This document shows, piece after piece, positions 52,331-63,088 of a stretch of DNA of 64,000 nucleotides (positions within the stretch are counted from its first letter, which is position 1; each line of letters starts with the position of its first letter). This DNA is from Eledone cirrhosa. Lineage: Eukaryota. A program made the translations under genes and the position numbers. The notes beneath the pieces were generated by a model that was not told where the DNA came from, made no database searches, and worked only from the letters and a program-made list of their open reading frames with translations. The stretch is taken from contig OZ024752.1 in the NCBI GenBank assembly GCA_964016885.1, positions 35,774,001-35,838,000 of the forward strand, written 5' to 3'.

Positions 52331-55300
52331 CTATTGCCTTTTTGTGGAGGAGGTTTTATCTTACACAATTATCTCACATAATATCAAATCTACGAGATTT
52401 TGATGGTATTTATTTTGAGAACAATACCTTAACGTCAGTATGAGCAGCCAGTTACGTCCGATTTGAAAAGAAATAGGTGAGAGAATTCTGGCCGGATATG
52501 GCCGGTTTAAATGCTAAAGGGTTAATACACTGTATATTTATTTATCTAACCAATGTAAACGTCCGTATAGAGCTAGTAAGGTATGACAGACTAGGGTAAG
52601 TAACTAGTACTTCTTACAGTTGAGAGACAAAAAAGCAAGATATACAGAGATAAGTGAATATAAAAATAAAAATTTTAATAACAAAAAAATAATATTGTGT
52701 GATGTCCTTTAGCAAGAAACTTTATTTCACATTGCTCTTTATGCCAGGAGTTGTGATTGATAGATAGCATCAGCAATGGAAACACTGATTCCTTGATCTG
52801 ATTTGACAAGTTCCACCCCAGTTGGTAAGCGAATGAGGTCTGGGATCTTGTCAATCATTTCCATCATCATCATTTAGTCATAGTTTATAGGCCTGGGGGA
52901 ACAAACTGCCTGCGTCAGTTGTTAGCTGCCGAGACACTGCATCCTTTAAAACCTCCATGGAACAAACTACCTGCATCAGTTGTTAGCTGTCGAGACACTG
53001 CATCCTTTAAAACCTCCATGGAACAAACTACCTGCATCAGTTGTTAGCTGCCGAGACACTGCATCCTTTAAGACACTCATGCTTCCCGAAATACGCCAAA
53101 ACTACACCTGATGTACCCCTTCCATACACATGCACACATGTGTGTATCATGACTCGTGCACTGTTCATTTTGCTGATGTTTGTGCATTGCCCTATGTACT
53201 GTACATGCACTTTTTTGATGAGTTGTGGTGCACCTGGGCACTGTACACAATATTTCATTATTGTTATTGTTATTATATCATGACTCATACACTGTTCATT
53301 TTCCTGACATTTGTACATTATTCTATGTACTATACATGCACCTTTGATGAGTTGTAGTGCACCTGAGCACTGTACACAATAATTTCATTATTATTATAAG
53401 TTTTTAATTTTCATTTATTTGTATTCTTTTAAAATGCTGTTTTGCTTGAATTAACATTTTTATTGTTGTAGAGTCATTTAAAAGTGGCTAAATGAATAAA
53501 AATATAAAATATATTTTACCTGTCAAAAATGTAGAAACATACATCTTTTGTAGGTTGTAATAACTCCACAACATCAAAAGATGCACCACAGTTGATCATG
53601 ATAATATGTTTCACCTAAAAACAAAAAGTAGACCTTTTAATAATTATTTCTTGTTAGTGGATTGGCAGTATCGGTAGAGGGTCAGACGCCATGCTTTCCA
53701 GCATAGTTACGTCCCTTTACGATCTGAGTTCAAATCCCGCCGAGGTTGACTTTGCCTTTCATCCTTACGGGGTTGATAAAATAAAGTACCAGTAATGCAC
53801 TGGGTAATTGCTGGCCTTGTGCCTAAAGTAGAAATAATTATTTAATTTTAAATAATTGTTTCTACATTTGGCACAAGGCCAGCAATTTAAAGAGAAGAGG
53901 ATCATCTCTACCTTGGTATGAGTCTAATTACACTTACCGGGTACCAAATGACCACACTTAAGATATATACTTAGGGTATATAAACTTTTATAGGAGGTAT
54001 AAGATTGATTTCTAGTACAGGCACAAGACCAGTAATTTGGGAGGAGGGCAAAGTCGATTAAATTGACCCCAGTGTGTGACTAGTACTTTATTTTATCGAC
54101 CTCGTAAGGATAAAAGACAAAGTTAATCTCGACGGGATTTGAACTCAGACCCTAAAGGACCGTAACTCTATGCTGCAAAGCATGGTATCCGACGCTCTAC
54201 TGATTCTGCCAATCCACAACCCTTATAGGAGATATAAGATTAAAACTATAACATACCCCTTCACAATTATCCATGAATGAAGTTTCAAGACTTTCTTTTC
54301 CCGTAACTGGGATGATGGAGTATACTACTTGATCACACTGGAATAAATACTGCAAGAAAAAAAATTTTAATTTCAGTTAAGAATCATCATTTAATGTCCA
54401 TTTTCCACACACAGGTTAGATGGGTTATCACATTATGAAATAAGTCAGGTCCAGAGACCAAGTCTTGCTCATACAGATCTGTATTTTGGCTTGGTTTCTG
54501 CAGCTGGATGCCTTTCCTAATGCCAACCATGTTACAGTGTGGATTGGGTGCTTTTTGTCATGGCACTAACAACTATCTTACATGTATGTGTACACACACA
54601 CACACACACACACATATATATGGGTATATGGCTTAGTGGTTAGAGCATTGGCCTTGCAATCGAAAGGTTGTGAGTTCAATTCTCAGACCGGGTGATGTGT
54701 TGTTTCCTTGAGCAAGATACTTTATTTCACATTGCTCCAGTTTACTCAGCTGTAGAAATGGGGTCCCTATCATTCCACTGTAGAGTGGTCGTGGAGGTGC
54801 CACGGCAAAAAAGCACCCAGCACTCACTGTAAATGAGGTTGGTGTTAGGAAGGGCATCCAGCTGTAGAAATCAAGCCAGAATCAGTTCCCGTCCCACCCT
54901 TGCTAGCAGGGAAAAGTGGACGTAAAATGAAATGATGATGAATGATGATATATAAAAACACTATATGTTGATATAGAATAAACATATGGGTAGCCTCGCT
55001 ATAAAAAAAAATATTTTTTTCGCAGCAAGAAAACATTTTTCGCTATAAATACATCACAGAGTTGTCAGTACAGTTTTTATTGATAATAATTCCCTAAAAT
55101 TGCTATCATAGAAGTACTTTGTGACATCATTGAATAATATAAATGCTAGGATACAAACATACTTCTTCAGGATTATTCATAATGCAAATTACAGAAAGAT
55201 CATAGCTCAACTATTAAACAATACAAATTATAGCAACAGTATTTATATTTATCACAATTATTTATAACATTAATTGTTTCTACGTTAGGCACAAGGCCAG

Positions 55301-56766
55301 CAAATACCCAGTGTATTACTGGTACTTTATTTTATCGACCCCGTAAGGATGAAAGGCAAAGTTAACCTCGGCGGGATTTGAACTCAGAATTATTTATAAC
55401 ATTAATGTCGCCAAACACCTTACGTGTTGCACAAGGTGCATTTTCATAGCCCAGTCACTAAAGATATTGTTGGTCATTGTCACAACTGAAAAGCCCTCCC
55501 TGGTCAGGCATGAAGATGTAGGTGTATGTAGTGATTTGGCAGTGCGATGAGCAAGAGGTGGCTGATAGACACCAATTACCTCTTAACCCTTTAGCATTCA
55601 CATTACTCTATAATTACTATTATATTTTCATAGTAAAGGCTTTACCTCACATAATATCGAATCTATGAGATTTTGATATTCATTTTGTGAACAATACCTT
55701 AATGTTGGATGAGCAGCCAGTTACAGCCAGTTTAAACAAAAAGAGGTGAGAGAATTCTGGCCGGATACAGCCGGTTTAAATGCTAAAGGGTTAACTTTTC
55801 TGACACAAAACTGCCCAAAACCACTTTTGGTTCTATGATAAAAAAAACCTCTCACTTTAAAGAGTTTATATTTAAATTAAAATCTTTAAAACCCCTATTG
55901 TTAGGTCATGTTCCAAACACCAGCTTAATAATAATAATAAAGTTTCTCCCAATTCTTGATTATTTTCAATATTAATTCAAATGTATAGACCACATATCAA
56001 TAGAAATACAGTCAAGTGAGGATTAAAGTGTTTCTTCGGGAGGGAGGGATATAATGCAGAATTATATTTTTGTAAATCAACTAATATACAAGGGTGTGCA
56101 ATAGGCTGCCCGCAACACAAGTCAGAGTGGCCCTTGATGACCGCTTTTAATTTTTACCTTGTAGACTTATTTAGAACTTTTTTCTGTTAGTTAACCTATA
56201 CTAAAGGGCTTCACTGTTAGGGTTGTGTGTGTTATAATTTCCCAGTTCCATGTTATGGAAAGAAGTTGTGGTGAATCTTTGGAATAGTGCTTAATAAATA
56301 TTACTGGCCCTAATAGTTGTTCTGATAGAGTTGTGTGTGTTATAATATTTCCCAGTTCCATGTTATGGAAAGAAGTTGTGGTGAATCTTTGGAATCGTGC
56401 TTAATAAATATTACTGGCCCTAATAGTTGTTCTGATAGGGTTGTGTGTGTTATAATTTCCCAGTTCCATGTTAAGGAAAGAAGTTGTGGTGAATCTTTGG
56501 AATCGTGCTTAATAAATATTACTGGCCCTAATAGTTGTTCTGATAGGGTTGTGTGTGTTATAATTTCCCAGTTCCATGTTATGGAAAGAAGTTGTGGTGA
56601 ATCTTTGGAATCGTGCTTAATAAATATTACTGGCCCTAATAGTTGTTCTGATAGGGTTGTGTGTGTTATAATTTCCCAGTTCCATGTTAAGGAAAGAAGT
56701 TGTGGTGAATCTTTTGAATGGAATATGTTGCACACCCCTGCATTAGAGCAAACTATATGGTGGGGG

Positions 56767-56800
<34 letters not shown>

Positions 56801-58681
56801 AATATACTAACCTGTAGGACCTTGCATGCACATATGGCATCAACATTGAATGAAACCAACACAAGAACATGCTAGAGGAAAATAAAATGAAAAAATAAAA
56901 TAGTCTGTTAGTGCATTCTAACAATAACCCTCCGGTTATTGCTGGTACTCTTTTTTTTTTTTTTTTTTTTTTAGCTGAGTATAGTGGAGCAACGTGAAAT
57001 GAAGTGTTTTGCTTAAGAACACAACATACAACCCAGTCAAGGAATCGAACCCACGATATTATGATCGTAAGTTCAACACAAGATATATAATCAAACACAG
57101 AAATATATAAATATACAGGTGTACATATACAATAGCGTCGTATCATTTTGGGTTGTTGTTTTAATTAGTTATATCATAGAACATAAAATTAAAAATTAAA
57201 ATTGTTATCTTTTAGTTTAATATATAAATATACAGGTGTACATATACAATAGCGTCGTATCATTTTGGGTTGTTGTTTTAATTAGTTATATCATAGAACA
57301 TAAAATTAAAAATAAAATTTTTTATCTTTTAGTTTAATAACAGGTTGATATTTATTCTCACACGAGAAAACATTCGCATTAGAGATATTTATTTTGGCAA
57401 GAACCATCGTTTGTCTCTGCACTTAGAGCTTTCTTCAATCAATGTACATACAATACGTGTCTGAGGAATAATTGTAGAAAATTAAACTTTCTAATAAAGA
57501 ATATATTTGTAGTCGGCAGAGTTTCTAAACATTCATATGATTTCAACTGTAAACTACGTGGGTCGACTGAAAAGCTCATAGGCTGACTATGAAGAGAGTG
57601 ATGCTAGAGCTGTAAAATCTTGTATATATATCAATTTCAACTCTTCTTATTAATAACTACATTGTTTCTTTACAGGGACTATGTAAACAAATAAACCTCG
57701 TTTCAAAATTCCATGAAAGTATCTTGGTCAGCCTATGAAGGAGTGATGCTAGAGCTGTGAAATCTTGCATGCATTAATTTCAACTCTTCTTATTAATAAC
57801 TACATTGTTTCTTTCCAGGGACTATGTTGTAAAAATAAACCTCATTTGGTCATTCCATGAGAGTATCTTGGTCAGCCTGTTAACTTTTCAGCTGGCCCTC
57901 ATGTATGAGTGGTGTATGCGTTCATCCTATACATAAAATTTGTTAATTTAAATATTTTTTTTACTTATAGAGCAAAAGGTTTCGATCTTTCTTAATATTG
58001 TTTCTACTTTAGGCACAAGGCCAGCAATTACCCAGTGCATTACTGGTACTTTATTTTATCGACCCCGTGAGGATGAAAGGCAAAGTCAACCTCGAATATT
58101 GCTGGTCACACTTCAAAAGTTAACTCGATAAGTCATTATGTATATTTTAATTAGTATGTTTACATATGATAAAACTAACGTGTTAAATAAATACGAGGGT
58201 GGGATGCTAGAGTTGTGAAATCTTGCATGCATTAATTTCAACTATTCTTATTATTAATAACAACATAGTTTCAGAGTATCTTGGTCAGCCTACGATCCTC
58301 GTATTTATTTCTAAATTCTTCGAATTTTTACTTGCTTCCTATATCGGATGATGTTTTATTCTATTCTGGCTAAAAAAACCACATTCAATTTATTAACTCT
58401 TTAAAATATATGATTTCTAAATACAATAATTCAACAAAAATAACTATTTCTTCTTAATAATAAAAATTAACAAAAATAACGCAATGTTTTCATTTTACCG
58501 CATAAACAGAAATTCATCCACAACTACTAAATTATAAATAATTATATATTTATTATAATACAGTATATTTATATATGTATTATAATACTAATTGAAAGTA
58601 TTTTAATTAATTAATAAATAAATGTATCACCTGGTTTTTGAAGTGGTTGTAAATATCTTTCCGAGGATCTTTGATCAACAT
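31110..58681 (-). CDS. CDC45: Cell division control protein 45 homolog (18 coding exons, 565 aa)
   Basis: 18 GT-AG exons with consistent phases totalling 1698 nt. Motifs VDAICACKVLQ, INCGA, DSHRPIDVHNVY, YRHWSLFDS, RLQEFLADMGIPL, GPFLY and FFGKAFEQAA. Confidence 0.97.
31247..31740 (+). mobile_element. Degenerate 3' fragments of a second RTE-like LINE family with (GAA)n tail
   Basis: Repeated GTCACTCCAGGTAGAGCC..TACTATGGGCATGTGGTTAGAATG segments. Homologous to 41548-41860 and about 22580-22700. Confidence 0.65.
31839..31915 (-). CDS. CDC45: CDC45 coding exon 17
   Basis: FFGKAFEQAALVTHSRILHNHFDDF. Confidence 0.93.
32400..32545 (-). mobile_element. Short Penelope-type 3' end in (TA)n
   Basis: The minus strand carries ACTCTGCTTCTCCCCATGTATTGAGTAC, the motif shared with 272-465, 8893-9075 and 59088-59190. 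Confidence 0.5.
33100..35388 (+). mobile_element. RTE LINE 3' fragment containing an internal 42-bp array
   Basis: RRLHWY.HVM and PRKT..VVRADL segments precede the array, and an RTE-type tail follows it. Confidence 0.8.
33274..35331. repeat. 49 x 42-bp tandem array (GAACATGATGAATGGAGAGGTGCTGTGCTGAGGGCCCGTCTA)
   Basis: 2058 bp equals 49 units exactly. Confidence 0.97.
35484..35599 (-). CDS. CDC45: CDC45 coding exon 16
   Basis: RPSKKARYLPMIICAPYNIEQHISIVIGIPPLNLDDQR. Confidence 0.92.
35995..36375. repeat. 47-bp tandem repeat derived from SINE body
   Basis: AAAGCACCCAGTCCTCTATGTAAGGTGGTAGTGCTGGTGCCACGAAG, about 8 copies. Confidence 0.85.
36842..36916 (-). CDS. CDC45: CDC45 coding exon 15
   Basis: GTSDIYKPQCLQRLARFILEAYEAG. 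Confidence 0.88.
37638..38529 (-). mobile_element. Non-autonomous Helitron with nested SINEs
   Basis: Minus strand A/TCCTAATATAATAAAG 5' end. 3' hairpin GCAGAAGACCACC/GGTGGTTTTCTGC ending CTGG/T, with an A/T target and no TSD. Confidence 0.78.
38560..38698 (-). CDS. CDC45: CDC45 coding exon 14
   Basis: DCLSSMEKGIELSKKQIVVMVSQVQTLLDMRQVMCAGPFLYAFVRE. Confidence 0.93.
38760..38876 (-). mobile_element. Degenerate PLE pLTR fragment with broken hammerhead
   Basis: Minus strand CTGATGA (38872-38866) plus AGGGC TTAA GCCC helix II, with no adjacent GAAA. Confidence 0.45.
39195..39235 (+). ncRNA. Minimal type I hammerhead ribozyme motif (C3U variant)
   Basis: Helix I CCGAG/CTCGG, core TTGAAGA, short helix II CC/GG, GAAA, palindromic helix III ACAATTGT, GUU triplet. 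Confidence 0.7.
39741..39796 (-). CDS. CDC45: CDC45 coding exon 13
   Basis: EENKDATDSFFYAMDILQ. Confidence 0.88.
40877..40988 (-). CDS. CDC45: CDC45 coding exon 12
   Basis: LAPEDIIIPSFNSHYGYHKKINAADVVLTCSTVLENT. Confidence 0.92.
41103..41289 (+). mobile_element. tRNA-derived SINE (family 1)
   Basis: Full-length copy. Others at about 38247-38440, 40667-40855 and 53656-53840 (plus) and 51824-52010 and 54010-54222 (minus). Confidence 0.85.
41548..41860 (+). mobile_element. 3' end of second RTE-like LINE family
   Basis: Degenerate LLRIERSQL.YYGHVVRM...RPKGRP..RWLDNI, followed by a (GAA)n tail. Confidence 0.7.
41901..41999 (-). CDS. CDC45: CDC45 coding exon 11
   Basis: IPLTQCQQKYNAMDPSIRNSIKEMILKYVEKY. 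Confidence 0.93.
42722..42913 (-). CDS. CDC45: CDC45 coding exon 10
   Basis: LKINFEEELQLFFYRHWSLFDSICNS...KLWTMKGRKRLQEFLADM. Confidence 0.95.
44275..44385 (-). CDS. CDC45: CDC45 coding exon 9
   Basis: FAVIGVTDQLLHYHISREKYIEDVMLLQSHLSRHNR. Confidence 0.92.
45095..46018 (+). CDS. C-terminal part of RTE reverse transcriptase with inserted PHD finger
   Basis: GLKINMAKTKVL, C4HC3 finger, VDSFRYLG, LHGSETW, RLRWYGHMMR and GRPRKTW. Confidence 0.88.
   Translation: MAELEKKFQTWKHGLESKGLKINMAKTKVLVCRKENKAPVPSGKWPCSVCRKGVGRNSILCPKCKVWVHKRCSGITGKLTKNTDFTCGRCSGAISSSKCPQNTSSFNCAEGSIEIVDSFRYLGDKISSGGGCSESTVARVRTGWKKFRELIPLLAAKGFSLKVKGRLYDACIRTAMLHGSETWALCAEDIRRLERNEACMLRWMCNSNIREWQSINELRKKLEIRGIRCCLLERRLRWYGHMMRMKDDSCITKCRAIKIDGSHGVGRPRKTWDELINSDLTHLHLSKTMSLDRDLWRYSVTEKTRVT
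45095..46520 (+). mobile_element. 5'-truncated RTE-clade LINE with long 3' UTR and (GAT)n tail
   Basis: Uninterrupted ORF, then a UTR with 111-bp tandem units and a (GAT)n tail. Confidence 0.9.
46881..46942 (-). CDS. CDC45: CDC45 coding exon 8
   Basis: AALLMLEMAWTMSKDTNDLI. Confidence 0.92.
47569..47973. mobile_element. piggyBac-type MITE with nested SINE
   Basis: TTAACCCTTTAG...CTAAAGGGTTAA. SINE on the minus strand at about 47773-47951. Confidence 0.8.
48282..48330 (-). CDS. CDC45: CDC45 coding exon 7
   Basis: NKVLFAYTQFSSFGTS. Confidence 0.88.
49407..49742 (+). mobile_element. tRNA-derived SINE with RTE tail (family 2), full length
   Basis: A and B boxes, central domain, tail CCCTTGCAAGCAGGGAAAAGCGGACGTAAAATGATGATG. 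Other copies at 48651-48990 and 54626-54948 (plus), and 32575-32840, 37305-37572, 39345-39640 and 43095-43405 (minus). Confidence 0.85.
49957..50087 (-). CDS. CDC45: CDC45 coding exon 6 (acidic loop and basic NLS-like patch)
   Basis: Asp-rich run followed by RPRKKKFDDKYVMKKRERRLWEEN. Confidence 0.9.
50704..51065 (-). mobile_element. RTE LINE 3' fragment
   Basis: Minus strand LERNEASIL...LRWYGHVMR, with (ATC)n on the plus strand. Confidence 0.75.
52034..52148 (-). CDS. CDC45: CDC45 coding exon 5
   Basis: HRPIDVHNVYNSLQVKVLVKENEVNDIPEFDSIFKDDE. Confidence 0.93.
52900..53400 (+). repeat. Three 60-bp tandem units leading into a retroposon-like 3' end with (ATT)n tail
   Basis: CAGTTGTTAGCTG(C/T)CGAGACACTGCATCC occurs three times. 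The tail is homologous to about 40250-40443. Confidence 0.7.
53520..53614 (-). CDS. CDC45: CDC45 coding exon 4
   Basis: VKHIIMINCGASFDVVELLQPTKDVCFYIFD. Confidence 0.93.
54257..54349 (-). CDS. CDC45: CDC45 coding exon 3
   Basis: YLFQCDQVVYSIIPVTGKESLETSFMDNCEG. Confidence 0.93.
55583..55794. mobile_element. piggyBac-type MITE
   Basis: TTAA-CCCTTTAGCATT...AATGCTAAAGGG-TTAA. Further copies at about 30620-30800, 42481-42683, 44480-44712, 50127-50388 and 52279-52525. Confidence 0.85.
56089..56740. mobile_element. hAT-like non-autonomous element carrying a 108-bp tandem array of about 4.6 copies
   Basis: Ends CAAGGGTGTGCAA and TTGCACACCCCTG, array at 56218-56715. No clear 8-bp TSD. Confidence 0.6.
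56812..56871 (-). CDS. CDC45: CDC45 coding exon 2
   Basis: HVLVLVSFNVDAICACKVLQ. Confidence 0.93.
57104..57338. repeat. 117-bp direct tandem duplication
   Basis: Units start at 57104 and 57221. Confidence 0.9.
58631..58681 (-). CDS. CDC45: CDC45 coding exon 1
   Basis: MLIKDPRKDIYNHFKNQ, donor CAG/GTGATA. Confidence 0.9.
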
Positions 58682-58699
58682 TGTACAAGTTCCAAAACA

Positions 58700-58760
58700 A
58701 TTCTGAACATTTACGCGCTTCTTTTTATAGTTTAAAACATCGACCACTTCCGGTTACGAT
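58700..58760 (-). promoter_or_regulatory. CDC45 proximal promoter candidate
   Basis: ETS-type ACTTCCGG at 58746-58753 and an imperfect E2F-like TTTACGCGC at about 58710, within 75 bp of the ATG. Confidence 0.45.
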
Positions 58761-59087
58761 AACTCTGCAGAGACAGAGTATCCCCAAACAATGTATACGC
58801 ACTTTCATTATAAGTGTCTACACATCTATTTCGAACACCATGTGTGAGTGTATATATATATATGTGTATATGGGTACACAGAAGCGTGTGGCCACTGTCG
58901 TCATTGAAATATGTATCACAGCATTATCATTAAAGGACTTTAACATCTGAAACTACTTCGCTTTTCTTATTCGATATATACTCCGTCGCTCCTATGTGGA
59001 AAAAGTACGTTGAGTGCTTGAATTGAATTGCATCAATATTTACCTTAAATATATATATATATATAGAGAGAGAGAGAGTGTTATCAT

Positions 59088-59210
59088 AGACTGGAACTAG
59101 CTGTTGAAACGACAAGCGCTCAGCCGTCGTGGTCCCGACTCTTTATAATATAATCATACTCTACTACCCCAAATATCGAGTACTCTAACCAGCTTCAAAC
59201 TGAATCCATC

Positions 59211-59212
<2 letters not shown>
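59088..59212 (+). mobile_element. Short Penelope-type element of the same family as 330-465, without the inverted arm
   Basis: GAACTAGCTGTTGAAACG...CTCAGCCGTC...ACTCTACTACCCCAAATATCGAGTACTCT, between microsatellites. Confidence 0.65.
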
Positions 59213-59261
<49 letters not shown>

Positions 59262-60900
59262 AGTGGAATTTATAGTTTATTATTCGTCACATATTTTCAC
59301 ATATCAAATAGGAATTACTATATACAGAAATTACTATATATACATATTTTTTGGAGTCTTACCCCAGTTTTTAAACATTAAATATCACCTTTGAAATTGA
59401 AAATTAACAATCGGAAGTAACGTCTGAAAAAATGCTTTTTTTTTTTTTCGCAGACGATACATATTTAATGTAAATTTAAAATTGGAATTAATTTGAAGAA
59501 TAATCGTGAATTGAAGGTATAATAAACGGAATTTCGATGTATACACAATTGTTATAGGAAACAAAGTTCAATATAAGATTATACATTTCAAATTTATATG
59601 ATAGTTTAACCATTGTGTCTGCTCAGATTAAAATATTAGTGAGACTTGATTCTTTTTTAATGTTTACATTTACTTACTTATATTCGACCTACTAGAAACA
59701 ACAGCTAAATATTGCTGGAATCACAACAAGCCGTCTTTTTAAAATATGTTTCCAATGAGGTGGGATGTTCACGGGTGTAACGTCTCCTCTATTAAACAAT
59801 AGTACTTGAATAATAACAATAACGGCATAATAAATAATTATTTGCTACGAAGAATCAATTTTATAGAAGAAAATAAATAAAATATGATATAATAAAACAT
59901 TTTAAAAGTCTATTTTTGACTCAACGTTTTCCTTCTTTTATTTTATTTTTAATCGACAAAATCCCATACCTCTCTTATCGAGTTGGGTTGAACTCATCAA
60001 ATCAGACCAAAGAAACAATGTTTTGTGTTTCACAAACTTTCAATTATGTATCTGATTTGGTGCTGGGATGCGATAATATTTTTTAATTTTATACTTTTAA
60101 TAGCTGCGGCAGGATGGGGTCAAGGGCTGGTAATACCAAACCCAATTGACTACTAAAACACTCAAACAAGTATTAGAACTGAAATTACATACAAAAAATA
60201 CCAAATTTTAATGTTTGGGTCACGTCTTTACAAATGGAAGTAACTCCAGTACGATGAGAGTGATCTCCCTTTGTTACTGGATATGACCTAGAGTGTTATC
60301 TGCAATATGATGCCTACCTTTGAGTAACACCAAGTAATGTTACACATATATATATGAGGGAGTTGTAGGATCGCTATTGTGACATACAGCGATTCTTGGG
60401 CATCTTAGCGGAGCCCTTTCCTTCTCTGGTTTCAAACACAGACGATTCATTCCAGAGAAAGAGAGTGGTCAAGAGGAGGTGAGAAAGAATCATCGATCTC
60501 AGTACTGGGTCGACTCTTCCTATATATATATGTGTATATATATATATATATATCACATCTCTCTCTCTCTCTCTATCGATCTATCTCTATCTATCTATCT
60601 ATCTCTCTTTCACATACACACTGTCTCTCCCTCTTTGTCTGGAAAAAAATTGACTGGAGAGGGATGGGCTACATCAGGTTGAAAATATCAAAGGCATAAT
60701 CACACCCCACCTCACCCTTACGATCCCATCAGTTTGATTTTATCCCTTGTTGATATTTTCAAGTCATCCATATAGTTTCTCCATAACATCTACACCCAAT
60801 GATTGTTGTATTCAATTAATGGAATCAGAACTATGTAAAAGAGTAGAAGGAATAATGAGTCAGCCCAGAAAACTCTTATTTCCCTGCTGCTTTGAAACTA

Positions 60901-61066
60901 CCGTACTTCCCGACGCAGAAGACGCTTCGTCTTCGAGGACGCGCCCTAATTTTGACAACCAACAATTTGAAAAAAATAATAAACAACTTTCGGCCTACAG
61001 GACGCGTGGTAGATTTTGAGACTTATTTTAGGAAAAAAGTAGCGTCTTTGACGCCGGGAAATACAG
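60901..61066. mobile_element. pogo/Tigger-type MITE
   Basis: Imperfect TIRs of about 25 bp, CCGTACTTCCCGACGCAGAAGACGC and GCGTCTTTGACGCCGGGAAATACAG, with TA on both sides. Confidence 0.75.
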
Positions 61067-61359
61067 TATATTGCAGTTGCTTTATATGTTTATTATGACA
61101 TGACTGATTATATTAGGGGTACAAAAGACTTTTTTTCTTTCGCGTCACAAGAATGAAAAATACCTGATTTTATATAATACCTCGGCCCCACATGGCCCAA
61201 TATTGCCAGAAATAGAAAGTGGTGGAGGTCAACCAGGGAGGGGTTCCTCCAACAGGAATGAGAATGACCTGAGTTTTTATTTTGGTTATATGATAGTATT
61301 TTTTGTGTTGAATCCCAAGTTTGTAACACTTCTCTATCAGGTCAAGTGACTTGCATTTT

Positions 61360-61660
61360 CATTTTAACACATTTACTACACATTAATTTTTAACACATTT
61401 ATTACACATTAATTTTAAACACATTTACTACACAATAATTTTTAACACATTTGTTACACATTAATTTATAACACATATACTAAACATAGGGTCGATAAAA
61501 TAAAGTACCAGTAATACATTGGGATAATTGCTGGCCTTGTGCCAAAAGTAGAAACAATTAATTTATTACACATTTACTACACGTTAATTTATTACACATT
61601 TATTATACATTAATTTACAACACATTTATTACGCATTAATTTTTAACACATTTATTAAAA
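61360..61660. repeat. AT-rich tandem repeat of about 25 bp interrupted by a SINE 3' fragment
   Basis: ACACATTTATTACACATTAATTTTTA units. SINE fragment at about 61488-61560. Confidence 0.8.
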
Positions 61661-62371
61661 TACGATCAAAGAGTCATACCTGTAGTTTAAAAATAAGCTT
61701 TATTTGATATTCTGTTGTATTCTGCTTCAGACATGCTCCTCCTTAAAGGTCCTTTGGTGGTCAGCAAGTATACTAGGGCTCCAGTTGCTTTGGTCGCGCT
61801 TTTCCATGACATGATAGAAATATCCTATTGAAATCGTTCATTATGTTCATCATTTACCATACCCAGCGTTTCTCAACCTTTATTTTTATACCTATGGACC
61901 CCTTTGATACCTATTTTACTTTCGATGTTTAACAAATCCTATTGTAGTTTTAAATTAAACATTGTTAGGAATTCTATAAAATAAATTGTTAAAATATTTT
62001 GTGTATTGTAGAAGTATAACCAATTTATTGCACATAAACTTTAACAACTAACAGACATTCTATGGAAAACTAATGTTCAGTAATAAAATAAGTCATGCAT
62101 ATACAGATTTCCCAGACAAAATTCCAAGTGAGGGTCCAAGAAAGGAACCACAAATGATTATCTGGACACTATAACTTAGTTGTGTCAAGGTTATGACAGC
62201 CTCCCTCGAGTTAGTGAGCAACATGATAAATGCATCCAGACCACACAGTAAAGTGGTTGGTGATAGGAAGCGCATCCAGCTATAGAAACCATTCCCAAAA
62301 AGTCGAGAGTTCTCTTCAGTTGTATCAAGGTCATGACAGCCTCCCTAATTGTGTCTAGGTCATGACAGCAC

Positions 62372-63088
62372 CCTTTCTGACTGTGTCACCCTGTCTGACA
62401 GTGTCACCCAGTCTGACAGTGTCACCCTGTCTGACTGTGTCACCCTGTCTGACAGTGTCCCCCCCCCCCCCCCCTGTCAGACAGTTCCCCCCTGTCTGAC
62501 AGTGTCCCCCCTGTCTTACTGTGTCACCCTGTCTGACTGTGTCACCCTGTCTGACTGTGTCACCCTGTTTGACAGTGCCCCCCCCTGTCAGACAGTGTCC
62601 CCCCTGTCTTACAGTGTCACCCAGTCTGACAGTGTCACCCTGTCTGACTGTGTCACCCTGTCTGACAGTGTCCCCCCCCCTGTCAGACAGTTCCCCCCCT
62701 GTCAGACAGTTCCCCCCTGTCTGACAGTGTCACCCTGTCTGACTGTGTCACCCTGTCTGACTGTGTCACCCTGTCAGACAGTGTCCCCCCTGTCTGACAG
62801 TGTCACCCTGTCTGACAGTGTCCCCCCCCTGTCAGACAGTGTCCCCCCTGTCTGACAGTGTCACCCTGTCTGACTGTGTCACCCTGTCTGACAGTGCCCC
62901 CCCCCCTGTCAGACAGTGTCCCCCCTGTCTGACAGTGTCACCCTGTCTGACTGTGTCGCCCTGACAGTGTCACCCTGTCTGACATTGTCCCCCCTGTCAG
63001 ACAGTGTCCCTCCTGTCTGACAGTGTCACCCTGTCTGACAGTGTCACCCTGTCTGACACTGTCACCCTGTGTGACAGTGTCACCCTGA
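62372..63088. repeat. 18-bp minisatellite (CTGTCTGACAGTGTCACC)
   Basis: Read directly from the sequence. Confidence 0.92.

Noticed and set aside
56840-56850. CDC45 motif I reads NVD instead of DVD
   Set aside because: CDC45 is a catalytically inactive RecJ/DHH homolog and Asn at this position occurs in other eukaryotes such as budding yeast, so it is not unusual.
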